From positions 8,308,001 to 8,372,000 of the forward strand of contig OX597822.1 in the NCBI GenBank assembly GCA_951406725.2: a stretch of 64,000 nucleotides of DNA. The letters run 5' to 3'. Under the pieces are notes generated by a model. That model was not told the DNA's origin. It did no database searches and worked only from the letters and a program-made list of their open reading frames with translations. The position numbers and the translations under genes are program-made. Of this stretch, positions 27,420 through 39,714 are shown one piece after another. The DNA comes from Octopus vulgaris. Its lineage: Eukaryota. Within the stretch, counting starts at the first letter, position 1; each line of letters starts with the position of its first letter.

Positions 27420-27715
27420 CATGTGTGAGTGTGTATGTATGTATGTATGTATGTATGTATGTATGTATGTATGTATGTATGTGTGTATGTGTGTATGTAT
27501 GTGTGTATGTATGTATGTATGTATGTATGTATGTATGTATGTATGTATGTATGCATGCATGTATGTGTGTATGTATGTATGTGTGTATGCATGTATGTAT
27601 GTATGTATGTATGCATGTATGTATGTATATATGTATGAACGTATGTATGTATGTAAGTATGTATGTATGTATGTATGCATGTATGTATGTATGTATGTAT
27701 GTATGTATGCATGTG
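27420..27715. repeat. (ATGT)n microsatellite
   Basis: Seen directly in sequence. Confidence 0.95.
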
Positions 27716-27746
27716 GTTGAGTGGATAGACGTGTATTTATGTGTGC

Positions 27747-27780
<34 letters not shown>

Positions 27781-29289
27781 CCTTTTTTTATCGTGTGCAT
27801 TGTGTATTGCATTTGTGTGAGTGCATGTATGCGTATAGTTACAAACATATTAATATGTATATAATAAGAGAAGGAGCGAGAGAGATGAGGGAAGAGAGAG
27901 GGAGAGAGAAAGTGAAAGAGAAAAAGAGAAAGGGAGAAATGCTTTCAGGAACTATGACTAAATCAAAGTTGACATTTTGAATAGTAATTAAAACTTCCAC
28001 AGCCTGACCACCTCCATACAAAACAATTGAAGAGAACCCTTTTTCTCTCTGACTTTCTTCTCTCTCTCTTTCCTCTCTTCTGTTCTCTTTCTTTCTAGTC
28101 CTCTTTCCTCTCTTCTGTTCTCTTTCTTTCTAGTCCTTCTTCTGTTTCTTTCCCCTTTCATTAGAGAATAAAATCGACAGCTTGAAAGATCAACCACCTC
28201 TGAGCAAATACTGATCATAGACCATCCCGAAATATTACAAAACCCATTTCACAGAAAAAAGAAAAATATCCCCTTTCTCGCTTTCTTTCTCTTTTTCTGT
28301 ATACGTAACAAGAAAAATAAACATCCTCTTCCAGATTTGCATAGAATGCAAAAATAATTCTGTAACACTTAAGAAATTTAAGGTAAGTTGTAGATAACCC
28401 AATGTTCTACCTACAATTATGTGGGAAATGAACGTTAGAAAAACATACCCCTAACTCAAAAAATTTAGGGCTCTCCATAACCATCCAAGTATACATTCTA
28501 CCAAATTTATACTACCAAACATAGACAACGCAACCAGTATATATATGATAAATGCCAGGCAATACACATGAATGTACCCAACTGCTAAAATACACAAACA
28601 AGCTTGCCAAAATAGCCTAGTTTCATGGAACACTGACTCCAGACAGCAACGGATGTGAAACAGGGGTCAAAAGAACAAGCATACAAACAGATCAGATTTC
28701 AGTTTCAAAACAACCTCCCCCTTCCTCGTCCTGAACCCTAATTACCAAACAATTTGCTTTATCATGTTTGCTGCAAAACTGACCAAATGCGCAGCTCTGT
28801 AGAAGCTGCACAGAAAATCATGCCCGGTTGCATGTATAACTGCACTTACTTTATATATACACAGACACACACATACACACATACACATATATGTGTGTGT
28901 GTGTGTGTGTGTGTGCTTCATTCGAAAGCCTCTATATCTTCTATTTTTTATTGTTGGCATTGCCATTTTGTCAAGCACTTCCTGTTTTGTATATTCATTG
29001 ATAAATTTTCCAGCATGCGCTGTTTTCATTCAGTTGGTTACGACGGCTGGAGTTCCAGTTGATACGAAGAATGGAACATACTTGTGAAATTAACGTAAAA
29101 GTGGCTGAACACTCCACATACAAAGCGTAAACTAACATTGTTAACGTAACTCAGTAGCGTCGGTAGACAGCATCTTCAAATGAAATTCTTCCACCAAATA
29201 TTTCTACTCCCGTATGGGCCTCTACAGCCGTTGCAGATGCTACACCGCAATCAGTAGCTGACACAAATTTATATATATATATATATATA

Positions 29290-29525
29290 TTGGTTAAAAT
29301 GATAAGACAAAAAAAGAAGGAAAGAGACCTCGTTATTACGTAAATAGAGGAATCGGTCTGTAAGTGTAATATTCGGTAGCCATAATAAAACTCCGAGTTT
29401 CGGATGCCGAGGTGGAAATCCAATGGCTGGATAACTGAAGAGATGGATTTCCACCTTGGCATCCGAAACTCGGAGTTTTATCATGACTAACGAATAATTG
29501 TCACATATTACACTAACAGATAAAT
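29290..29525. mobile_element. PLE-type pLTR fragment with inverted repeat and hammerhead, in (TA)n
   Basis: 42-bp inverted repeat at 29381-29422 / 29444-29485; related to 37049-37255. Confidence 0.7.
29430..29482 (+). ncRNA. Type I hammerhead ribozyme motif
   Basis: GAUAA-CUGAAGA-GAUG...CAUC-C-GAAAC-UCGGA-GUU-UUAUC: stem I GAUAA/UUAUC. Confidence 0.65.
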
Positions 29526-31364
29526 ATATATATATATATTATGAACTTTATTTTGGATGTTAACTTCGACGAAGGACCTTCTTATAAAAATCTTCCACAA
29601 AAGAACAGACTGAGTGCGGACAACGTCTAATTTCAGGTTAACATGAACAATAAGTTCGACGGAGGAATGATGAGATGATTTCCACATTTTTGAGCCTATT
29701 CAGTATTTAGCACGTATCGGTAATTATATACACAATGTTTAGAGTAATTTCTGCTTCTTTTAAAGTTTACTATTATTGTTAATTACACTCTGGAGCTACT
29801 CCATTGAAACTTACACAAATTTCTATGTTCCTTACGTTTATCATATACACACACACGCGCGCGCGCACACACACACACACATAAAGTAATAATTCTCCTT
29901 CAAATTGTAGGAACGGTAAATGATTCTTTGCTCACAAAATGTATCGACATCTACCGATCATTCTTTCCAATAGAATATAATTATGTATTATTATTTAAGT
30001 ATATTTTAAATCGGTATAAATAAAGTATTTCATATTAAGCTTACAATTATATAAACCTTAGAATTAACAGTGATATGAATTTGTTGTTTATTTTTTAATT
30101 TAATATATATGTTATGAGTTGGAAAGTGAAGATTTTTTGTTTTATTACGTAACATGTCTTGTATCTAATTATAATACGTGGATGGATTATATAGAATTAT
30201 TCCTTGGATAGATAAATTTTATTTGTTGAGACAAGCCATACATTGAGTGAAAGCATTTCTGTAGAAATTTCAAAATTGGAATGACGCCGCGTTTTCAAGA
30301 ATATTTATCTTGCAAGTACCTCCTCGGTGATATTAAATGATTTTACTTAATTACTGTAGTTTGAATATCCAGGTGAATTATTAGGTACGAAGCAACAATT
30401 TAATTTCGTCAACTAGCTAAATTCTGTAGTTAAACAAATGAGGAAACTTTATATCTAATATAAATTTTAACTTTCCGAAAAGAGAAATTAAACAGTTAAA
30501 TCAATATTTAACGTTTTCTTTGGAAATGAACTATTTGATATAATATTGCGACAAAAATATTATTATTTGGAAAATTTGATTATTTTCCAGCTATCAGATT
30601 TAATTTGTATGAATTTTACTTTTCGCTTTTTAAAATAAACTTCACCAACTATGATTTAAAACCAAGTTGATCGAAATTAATGTTTTTATAAGAGAAGTGA
30701 GGACATCTCTTTCGAATGAAAAATTCAATATTCTATTCAAATTCTTTCTTTAAATATTCATCATTTTGTGCTGTATCAAATTTCAGGATTTTAATTTAGT
30801 TTGTTGATTATGTTAGAAGGTAGAGTCATGTATGCAAAACCCGTTTCTTTCTCTTAGTTATATCGAATATGTCAATATGTCAATGTGAGAAATGTGATAC
30901 ATAACTATTCTGTTTATGGGAACAGGAAACGAAGAAAAAGACGACTCCACGATAGAAATGATTTCACATCTCCATTATGTAGATACAATCATATCACCAA
31001 TTATTGAAGAATGCATAAACAGAACGAAGTTATATGCAACATCAATATCGGCTTGCAACTACAGAGATAACTCAGAAGTCAGTATAGAGATTTCAATTGA
31101 GAATATAATTTATTTTTTATACCACTTTTTGAGCTGAAAAATACCAATTACTGCTATCATATGCACTTTCAAACAAATACATTTTACTGAATGTTGTGTA
31201 GGTAGCACTCTCTTTGTGTTAATTTCTGTGCTGTCTCAAGATATAAACTTCTGACCTTTTCATTGTACTCGTTTAGTCATTCAATGTTGTCTAGGTTTGA
31301 TGCGGACTGAGATCGTTAAGTTCTCTACTTATTTCCGTCTGATATTTAATATTTGTCTCCATAT

Positions 31365-31776
31365 AGGCGCAGGAGTGGCTGTGTGGTAAGTAGCTTGCTA
31401 ACCAACCACATGGTTCTTGGTTCAGCCCCACTGCATGGCATCTTGGGCAAGTGTCTTCTGCTATAGCCCCGGGCCGACCAATGCCTTGTGAGTGGATTTT
31501 GTAGACGGAAACTGAAAGAAGCCTGTCGTATATATGTATATATATGTATATGTATGTGTGTGTGTTTGTGTGTGTCTGTGTTTGTCCCCCTAGCATTGCT
31601 TGACAACCGATGCTGGTGTATTTACGTCCCCGTCACTTAGCGGTTCGGCAAACGAGACCGATAGAATAAGTACTGGGCTTACAAAGAATAAGTCCCGGGG
31701 TCGATTTGCTCGACTAAAGGTGGTGCTCCAGCATGGCCGCAGTCAAATGACTGAAACAAGTAAAAGAGTAAAAGAG
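31365..31776 (+). mobile_element. SINE family A, full length
   Basis: tRNA-like head, internal TA/TG tract, ...gatagaataagtact...ggtgctccagcatggccgcagtc, GTAAAAGA tail. Confidence 0.92.
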
Positions 31777-32288
31777 AATATCAAGTTGCTGGGATTCAGT
31801 ATTGACAAAGACACGCGTCTCTTATATAGGAATTACTGGTGTATAGATAAAGCAGACTTATGCCATATATGTAATACCATGCATACTTTACGTGTGAGCA
31901 CATATGCGTGAATGATTCTTCTACCTGTATGTAAGTCTGGATGTGTGAACGTGCGTGTGAGTATGGAATATGTGTTTGTGACTGCATACAGACAACTTTC
32001 CGTAAGGGACAACATGTCTGCAGAATATTTTGCCGTTTCCATGTTCTGATAATTACAAGTAAACGTTGAAAGTGTTATAGCGATATTGTGGGAAAAATTA
32101 CCTGAAATGGGTAATGGGTTCTTGGTAGTTAAGCTTCGAATCCCCCTTTGGTGTACACGTACAGTGGCTTTAGTTCATCACAAAATTTAACGATTTCAAG
32201 TGTGCCTTTACTAAGACTCGTCGAGGTTTCCTATTTCTGTTGACGCTCTGTCACCAGATCCATAGTCCTTGTAGAAAGCATTGAGCCT

Positions 32289-32672
32289 GTACATAGAACG
32301 GGGTTTGAAATTTCGTTACCATTTTGCTGGAGATTTTTAAGACGAGTTATATATTTTGATAATCGGTAATGCACAAGTTAGGAGAAGAAAATTTCTGCTT
32401 TCATTCTGCACATTCGTGCAAAAGGAACAAATAAACAGGCAGGGTTTACAAACCTCACGCACTGGTTTGATATTTCCAAACAATTAAGATTGTGTTTCAT
32501 TGCCGTATCCAAACATAAAACATGTACGGATTGTACCACAATCCTTTGATACTCATTTTGTCTCCTTGTTTCCCTGATGAAAACTTGTAATTAATCACGC
32601 GATTTCCCACGGTTGACATTGCAAATGGAGTAATCTAGATTGATGTAATATTTTCTTTACAATAAATGTTTT
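32289..32672 (+). repeat. ~385-bp block duplicated at 39975-40357, flanked here by a ~59-bp direct repeat
   Basis: Near-identical to 39975-40357; tatttctgttgacgctctgtcaccagatcc..gagcctgt occurs at ~32232-32290 and ~32686-32744. Confidence 0.9.
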
Positions 32673-32844
32673 AGTTCTTCCTTCATATTTCTGTTGACGC
32701 TCTGTCACCAGATCCCTAGTCCTTGTAGAAAGCATTGAGCCTGTGATCATATATATGAATGGGGTGTATATATAATCGTATGTATAGATAGATCAATAGA
32801 TATGTGAGTGTGTGTGTGTGAGTGTGTGTCTGTGTGTGTGAGTA

Positions 32845-33135
32845 ACGGGAACAGACACCAATCGGTCATGAATGACCACGGGATTGCACCTAAAATGTTA
32901 CCCTCCGAGGTACTTGTCCAGGCAAGCTTGTTTATGGAAGACCAGCAGTCGCACAATTATACAAGTCTGTCCTCTCCACACCACCAATGTTATCGAAAAG
33001 AAAGGCAGAGGCGGATACCCCTTGGCACCAGTGATGAGGCAAGTCATTTCTACAGTGAGCTAGAGTAACATAAAATAAAGGATCTTAATCAAGAACATAA
33101 AACACAGCTCGGTTCAACGATCTAAACACTGAACC
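32845..33135 (-). mobile_element. Probable old SINE (fourth family)
   Basis: GC-richer repeat-like block between microsatellites; minus strand begins with a decayed tRNA-like head (...gttgaaccgagctgtgttttatgttcttgattaaga). Confidence 0.4.
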
Positions 33136-33207
33136 ATACACATTCACGTGTATCCATATATATATATATATACATAGATACACATACACACACACACATA
33201 CATATAT

Positions 33208-34460
33208 AGTAAAGCGAGTAGCCACATCCAAGTGGCAGATTAATGTTGCTACTAGTTTGACCCCAGGCGGATCCTCCACCAACTGATTTTCTGCACCCTT
33301 TATGTACAAAACATCGCTAGAAGAGGGAGCTTCTACTACCCTCCACCAACTGGCAGGATCGCTGGACCGTCTGGTTTGAAGCAATTTAAAGCAGCTACGG
33401 GTCTTAGTTACATTCCAGTACGTAGGTGCGCGCTACTGACTGGAGCCAAATAACTTGAAACCGGTCGGTCCCGTGATCCCCTCAGCTGCTGGAAAGTAGC
33501 AGAGGTTCGCCCTCCCCTACTGCTAGCGTTGTATTGAACATAAAGGGCACAGAGCCTCTACAGAAAACCTACTGGTGGAGAATACGCCTGGGGTTAAACT
33601 AATAGTAACGTTCATACAGGTTTAGTATACGTTGCTACTCTATCTTTTCTTCACATTTTAAAACTTGCATTTCAATTGTTGCAAATCAGTGAACGATGGT
33701 CACTTTGTTTACAATATATCGCTGACAGAAGCGGATCTTCACTCCACTGCGCATGTGCTCGCATCTGGCGTGAACGAAATAGCGCGAACCGGCCTGTCGC
33801 GCGATCTTGTCAGCTCTTGGAGAGCAGCAGCGGTTCGCTTCTCCTCCTGGCGATGTATTAGTAGTAACTTGCTTACCAACCACATAGTTCCGGGTTCAAA
33901 CCACTACGTGTCTCCCCGATCATCAGTTGACAACCGATGCTAGTCTGTTTACGTCCCCGTAACTTAGCGGTTCCGCAAAATAGACCGATAGAATAAGTAC
34001 TAGGCTTCCAAAGAATAAGTCCTGGGGTCGATTTGCTCGACTAAAAGCGGTGCTCCAATATGGTCGCAGTCAAATGGTTGAAACAAGTCATGCGATTTTC
34101 ATGTGGCTACTCGCTTTACTGTTTAGTATACGTTACTACTCATCTTGAGATTTTATAGTTAGCTATTCTGTTTACTGGATATCAGTGACCGATGGTCATT
34201 TTGTTTACACTATATCGCTGTCAGAAGCAGATCTTATAGGTACACTCAACAGCGTAGGCGAGTGCGTCTGACGTGAACGAAATAACTCGAAAAGCGGCCG
34301 GTCGCGCGATTCTACCTGCTGTTGGACGGTAGTTGGTGTCCGCCCTACTTCATGCTTGCAAGGTATTGTACATAAAATGGTGCTGAGATTGCACCAAAAA
34401 CCAGCTGGCGGAGATTCCAACTGGGGTGAATTTAGAAGCATCATTCATCTGCCACGTTGA
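33208..34460. mobile_element. Unclassified non-autonomous element with nested inverted and direct repeats
   Basis: Inverted repeats 33208-33227/34101-34120, 33245-33388/33447-33609 and 33229-33286/34402-34459; direct repeat 33620-33860/34121-34360. Confidence 0.6.
33861..34088 (+). mobile_element. SINE family A, internally deleted
   Basis: Head fragment joined to ttgacaaccgatgct...gatagaataagtact tail region. Confidence 0.8.
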
Positions 34461-35049
34461 TCAGGCTAAACCCTTTACAAATTACTACATATTACTACTC
34501 TATCTCTCCCTGTGATTTTATAACAAGCTACTTTGTTTGTCATATAGATATCCACGAGCACACATTTTGTATGTTATATCCATGAGCTCTTCATGGAGAG
34601 GAATGGAGAATGTTATGACATACGGGGAATGATGGGCATCGAGAATCAGTGGACCGAATCTATTTCCACTTTGAGGATGTTACCTATCATTGTAAAACGC
34701 TGCTATCTATATTTGTTTTTCAATTTTGAAAGCCGATTTGGATTTATTGACTTCGGTAGGATTTGAATATTGATATTATCATGTCGGAACAAATATTACT
34801 TTTCTTTATAATTGAAGCTAATGTCGCTAGTTGGCAGAATTGTTAGCGCGCCGGATGAAAGTCCAGCGGCATTTTGTCCGACTTTGTTGAGTTCAAACTC
34901 CATCGAGTTTGATTCACCTTTTATTTATTCTCCGTCGATTAAATAAGTAGCATTTGAGCCCATGTGTCAATGCGATCTACTTAGACGTGCCACATAAAAA
35001 ATTTCAGTGTTTGTACCTACAGTGGAATGGATTATATTTGACGATCAAA

Positions 35050-35280
35050 AGGCGACGAGCTGGCAGAACCGTTAGCACGCCGGGCGAAATGCGCAGCCGT
35101 ATTTCGTCTGCCGTTACGTTCTGGGTTCAAATTCCGCCGGGGTCGCTTTGCCTTTCATCATTTCGGGGTCGATAAATTAAGTACCAGTTACGCACTGGGG
35201 TCGATGTAATCGACTTAACCCGATTGTCTGTCCTTGTTTGTCCCCTCTGTGTTTAGCCCCTTGTGGGTAGTAAAGAAATA
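35050..35280 (+). mobile_element. SINE family B, full length (tRNA head; gcctttcatcctttcggggtcgataaa core)
   Basis: GGCGACGAGCTGGCAGAA head, B-box GGTTCAAATTCC, taaagaaata end; an older copy lies just upstream (~34830-34990). Confidence 0.9.
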
Positions 35281-35352
35281 TATCTATCTATACACACTCA
35301 CAGACAAAAATGCATATAACTGTAGATATATGTGTGTTCGTGTATGTATATC

Positions 35353-35463
<111 letters not shown>

Positions 35464-36630
35464 GTATATATACATACATATATATATACATACACACACA
35501 TATATACATGTTTGTGTGCGTTTGTGTATGTGTACACAAATGCAAACACTCATATATTTACATATATGGCAAGATTCTGCACATTCCTTTGTCTTCGAAA
35601 TTCTATTGAAAGTGAATAGCGTTGGGTAATTACACAACGTGTGGTGTCTTATTGCTTCTATTGAATTGCTGAAGATATATTATTTTTAAACGATTACTCA
35701 GGAAATAACTGTATGTCCTGCTTTAGTTCTCACTTAATTTAGACAAATGTGACATGTAACATCTGGAGTTCTGCTGATCGTCAACGTTCGAATTCGAAGC
35801 GTTGTTTTACGGAGAGTATTTTGCAATATAATTAATACAAACAAATACAAAACTAGCAATGAACTGATAAAAATTCTCATGGTTTTTAGGATACAGATTT
35901 ATAATAATGGGATGTTTATTATATTTTCTCTCGTCTTTTAAGCCTATTTTATTTGCAGACATATTTGGTCAATGCCAGATAAATTGTATTAGAATCTTAT
36001 GTAGGCTGTACATTGTTATTTCGTTACGTTACGTCAAAAGTTGAAAAACAACATATGAACGAAACACATTTAATATGAAACTTATAACACTGGGATACGA
36101 ATTTCAGTTGCATTAAATTCATAACTAATATCGTTGGTGCGTATGTAAATATCCCTACCACCACTCATACTTTTAAAAGACGTACTCACTCACAAACAAT
36201 AACTATATAACGAGGCATTCATATTTGCATCGATTTTACGGGCCGTGGTTATCTCGATGAGTATAATGAAGTGCATGTAAGTATAAGCTTTCAAATATTG
36301 CCTGGTTGGGTTATGGTTTCCTTTCTTCTTGATTTGGAAATAAGTCAAAACAAAATAAGAGAAAGTAATTTGAAATAGAAAGAAAAACTATGCAGTATTG
36401 ATCAGTATAGAACATATTAATTTCTGTCCACTTATTGTGCATTTAAAAGTTGTCTCGACACATTCACCGACAAATACAAGCTCGGGCGTATATAACTATA
36501 TTAATATCGAAATACGTATATGGGTATTGTAGGATTCCATATGCATGTATACGTATATACTTGTGTGTGAGTGTGTGTATACACATACAACTAGCTAGAT
36601 GGATAAATAGTTTTACACACACATATATAT

Positions 36631-37019
36631 ATATATATATAAAAGAGAATTTGTGTGCTGTCTGTCTCCTACGATTTAGATTCCTAACTACTCCCACATT
36701 TTGCGGTGCAGTTTAACCAAAACCGGGTATCTTATAGTCGTGATTCATATCGAGCCATTCTGGGTATTAGCGCGCGTCTACGATGAGTCTACGATTAAAA
36801 AAAAAAATTACCCTCAATTTTCCCTATTTTTAATGCATTTTTGGCATATATAAGGGAAGTAACTCTCTAACAATTTATTATTAAATCTCAGAACGTAAAA
36901 AGCTACAGTAACACCCCACCCCCTTTGTGGTTAGCCATATTGAGATGGCTATTATCTCTAAAAATGCTGATATAATTATTTCCCTTACAAACCCGAGCAA
37001 CGCCGGGCGATACTGCTAG
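36631..37019 (+). mobile_element. Non-autonomous Helitron
   Basis: 3' hairpin CCCGAGCAACGCCGGG followed by CTAG|T; second copy at 57937-58340. Confidence 0.88.
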
Positions 37020-37048
<29 letters not shown>

Positions 37049-37050
<2 letters not shown>

Positions 37051-37250
37051 CTGTAAATTAATATGTTACCATTATTCAATAGCCAAGATAAAACTCTGAG
37101 TTTCGGATGCGGAAGTGGAAATCCACAACACCCTCTCTTCCGTTTTATCTTGGCTATTGAATAATCGTAACATATTAATTTACAGATAAATTTCCTCTAT
37201 TTACATAATATTTAGGTCTCTTTCTTTCTTTTGTTATCTTACCGTTTTTA

Positions 37251-37255
<5 letters not shown>
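37049..37255 (-). mobile_element. PLE-type pLTR fragment: 46-bp inverted arms enclosing a hammerhead-like core
   Basis: Arms 37049-37094 / 37142-37187; minus core CGGAAGA-GAGGGUG...GCAUCC-GAAAC-UCAGA-GUU-UUAUC. Confidence 0.65.
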
Positions 37256-37284
<29 letters not shown>

Positions 37285-37349
37285 TAAATAAAACATATGC
37301 ATATATATATATATATATATACATATATGTACGTACCTACCTCTACATG

Positions 37350-37552
37350 TATATATACACGCATATATGAGTACAGGACACCAAAAAAACGTCGAACACA
37401 ATAAGAATCGAAAACATAGACACAAACCAAAGGAACTGGACATTTTTCTTAAACAACAACAAAAAATAGAGTACAGGACAAATAACACAAGGAAAAAACC
37501 CCTTCTTCAGTCGCCATGGTTTCATCTACTCTATGTTTCGAAGGTGAAGGCA
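37350..37552 (-). mobile_element. pLTR-like fragment with permuted hammerhead-like motif
   Basis: CCUUC-GAAAC-N5-GUA-N16-CUGAAGA-AGGGG at 37499-37544; same layout at 59229-59272. Confidence 0.5.
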
Positions 37553-37822
37553 TATATATTTGTGTGTATGTGTGCGTGTGTGTGCATGTGAGAAAGAGAG
37601 ACAGAGAGACAGAGAGAGGAATCAAGACGGGAAAAAAAATTATTTCCTGTAAGTTCCAGATATATAAGCATAATTCTGGATTTTGATTTTGTTCTATGTT
37701 CCTATATACACGCTTAAAGGCCGGAAATATATATTCAGCATCAGATACGGATTATGAAGTCATAAGTAATTCAAAAACAGGAAGGAAGGAAGAAAATATA
37801 ATCAGAAAATAAATTATAAGTA

Positions 37823-37973
37823 ACAAGTGAAGTTAATCATAGCGTCAATGTGGCTGTTCCATGTTACTACTAGTTTAACCCCAGGCAGATCCTCCACCTG
37901 CTGGTTATCGGTGTATCAATAACCAGTAGTGATCTGGAACAGCCACATTGATGTGGCGATTAACTTTACTTGT
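37823..37973. repeat. Inverted-repeat element related to 33208-34460
   Basis: Arms 37823-37861 / 37935-37973; interior atgttactactagtttaaccccaggcagatcctccacc is shared with 33243-33280. Confidence 0.7.
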
Positions 37974-38055
37974 CTTATAATCCTATGTCTTATTGAGATT
38001 TTACAAGTAGCACTTTTGCTTGAAATAATAAGTAATACATTCGGTAACTATAAAT

Positions 38056-38223
38056 AGGCGTAGGAGTGGCTGTATGGTAAGTAGCTTGCTTACGAACTAC
38101 ATGGTTCCAGTTTCATCCCCACTGCGTCGCACCTTGGGCAAGTGTCTTCTACTATAGCCCCGGGCTGACCAAAGCCTTGTGAGTGGATTTGGTAGACGGA
38201 AACTGAAAGAAGCCCGTCGTATG

Positions 38224-38264
<41 letters not shown>

Positions 38265-38267
38265 GTG

Positions 38268-38307
<40 letters not shown>

Positions 38308-38313
38308 CATACA

Positions 38314-38346
<33 letters not shown>

Positions 38347-38567
38347 GTTTGTGTGTCTGTGTGTCCCCCCCCAAACATCGCTTGACAATCGATGCTGGTG
38401 TGTTTTCCGTCCCCGTAACTTAGCGGTTCGGCAAAAGAGACGGATAGAATAAGTACTAGGCTTACAAAGAATAAGTCTTGGGGGTCGATGATCTAGACTA
38501 AAGGTGGTGCTCCACCATGGCCACAGTCAAATGATTGAAACAAGTAAAAGAGTAAAGAGTAAGAGTA
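38056..38567 (+). mobile_element. SINE family A, full length with expanded internal (TA)n
   Basis: Colinear with 31365-31776. Confidence 0.9.
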
Positions 38568-39189
38568 TGTTCCACATACTTGTATCACCATTGAAGCAAA
38601 ATATATTACGCTGTTCCATGAAATGCATAGTAACCCTCAGTATGCTGCAGCGCATTCGGACGTGAATATACTAATACTGTCTGTATGTTTAATAACTAGA
38701 CAACAGTTATTCATGCATTCGATTCATTAGACCAAGGGAACAATGGGACACCTAATATTTGGACATCGTTGTCTCGTCCTCCAAATATACTTTGAACAAA
38801 GCAACCTAACGAGAGATTTAGCTGGTTTATGTAAATTCAACAGACAAATTATTGATTGATACATGCAGATATATCTGTTAATCGAATATACATCGTCTTA
38901 TCATAGGTGAACAACGACAATCAAAATGACCACTTACATATATATTCTTCGGCATATTTGAAAATTTACGCATAGACTTTTCAGGATCATGAGTAGAATG
39001 TGATATGAACGCGATTTTATAGGAAAGGCGTTGTTTTCGGGTAACAGAACTCCACTTTTGATTAGCATAATCACGTTCGAATCTGCCGATCATACTGAAA
39101 ACAAATATCTTGAATCTCGCTGTTCAATGTGCATATGGCAATTTATTAATACTTATATTAGTCAAACTTGTGTCAGTTACTCGTCAGTC

Positions 39190-39238
<49 letters not shown>

Positions 39239-39336
39239 ATACACACACACAGGCACACGCACGCACACGCACACACATATATATTCAAATACAGACACAC
39301 ATGTATAAGCATAGATATACGCATACATAAGTTTAC

Positions 39337-39367
<31 letters not shown>

Positions 39368-39503
39368 TATAGTGAATGTTTGTTGTGTGCATTTGTGTGT
39401 ATGTGTGTACGCGCGCGTAGTTATGTACGCGTGTGCACATATATTCACTGATATTGACCCATCTCAACATAAGCCATATATGTTTCGTATTTGTGCCTTC
39501 AGT

Positions 39504-39714
39504 ATTGGTTTCAAATTTTGGCACAGGATCAGTAATTTCGGAGACGTTAAGTCGATTACATCGAACCCAGTGTCCAACTGGTAATTATTTTATCGAGCCC
39601 GAAAGGATGAAGAGTAAAGCCGACCTTGACAGAATTTCAAATCAAAACGTAAATACGGACGAAATGCCGCTAAGCATTTTGTCTGGAGTACTAACGATTA
39701 TGCCAGCCCACCGG
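39504..39714 (-). mobile_element. SINE family B, old copy
   Basis: gtcgattacatcgaacccagt...cccgaaaggatgaa...gacgaaatgccgctaagcattt. Confidence 0.7.
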
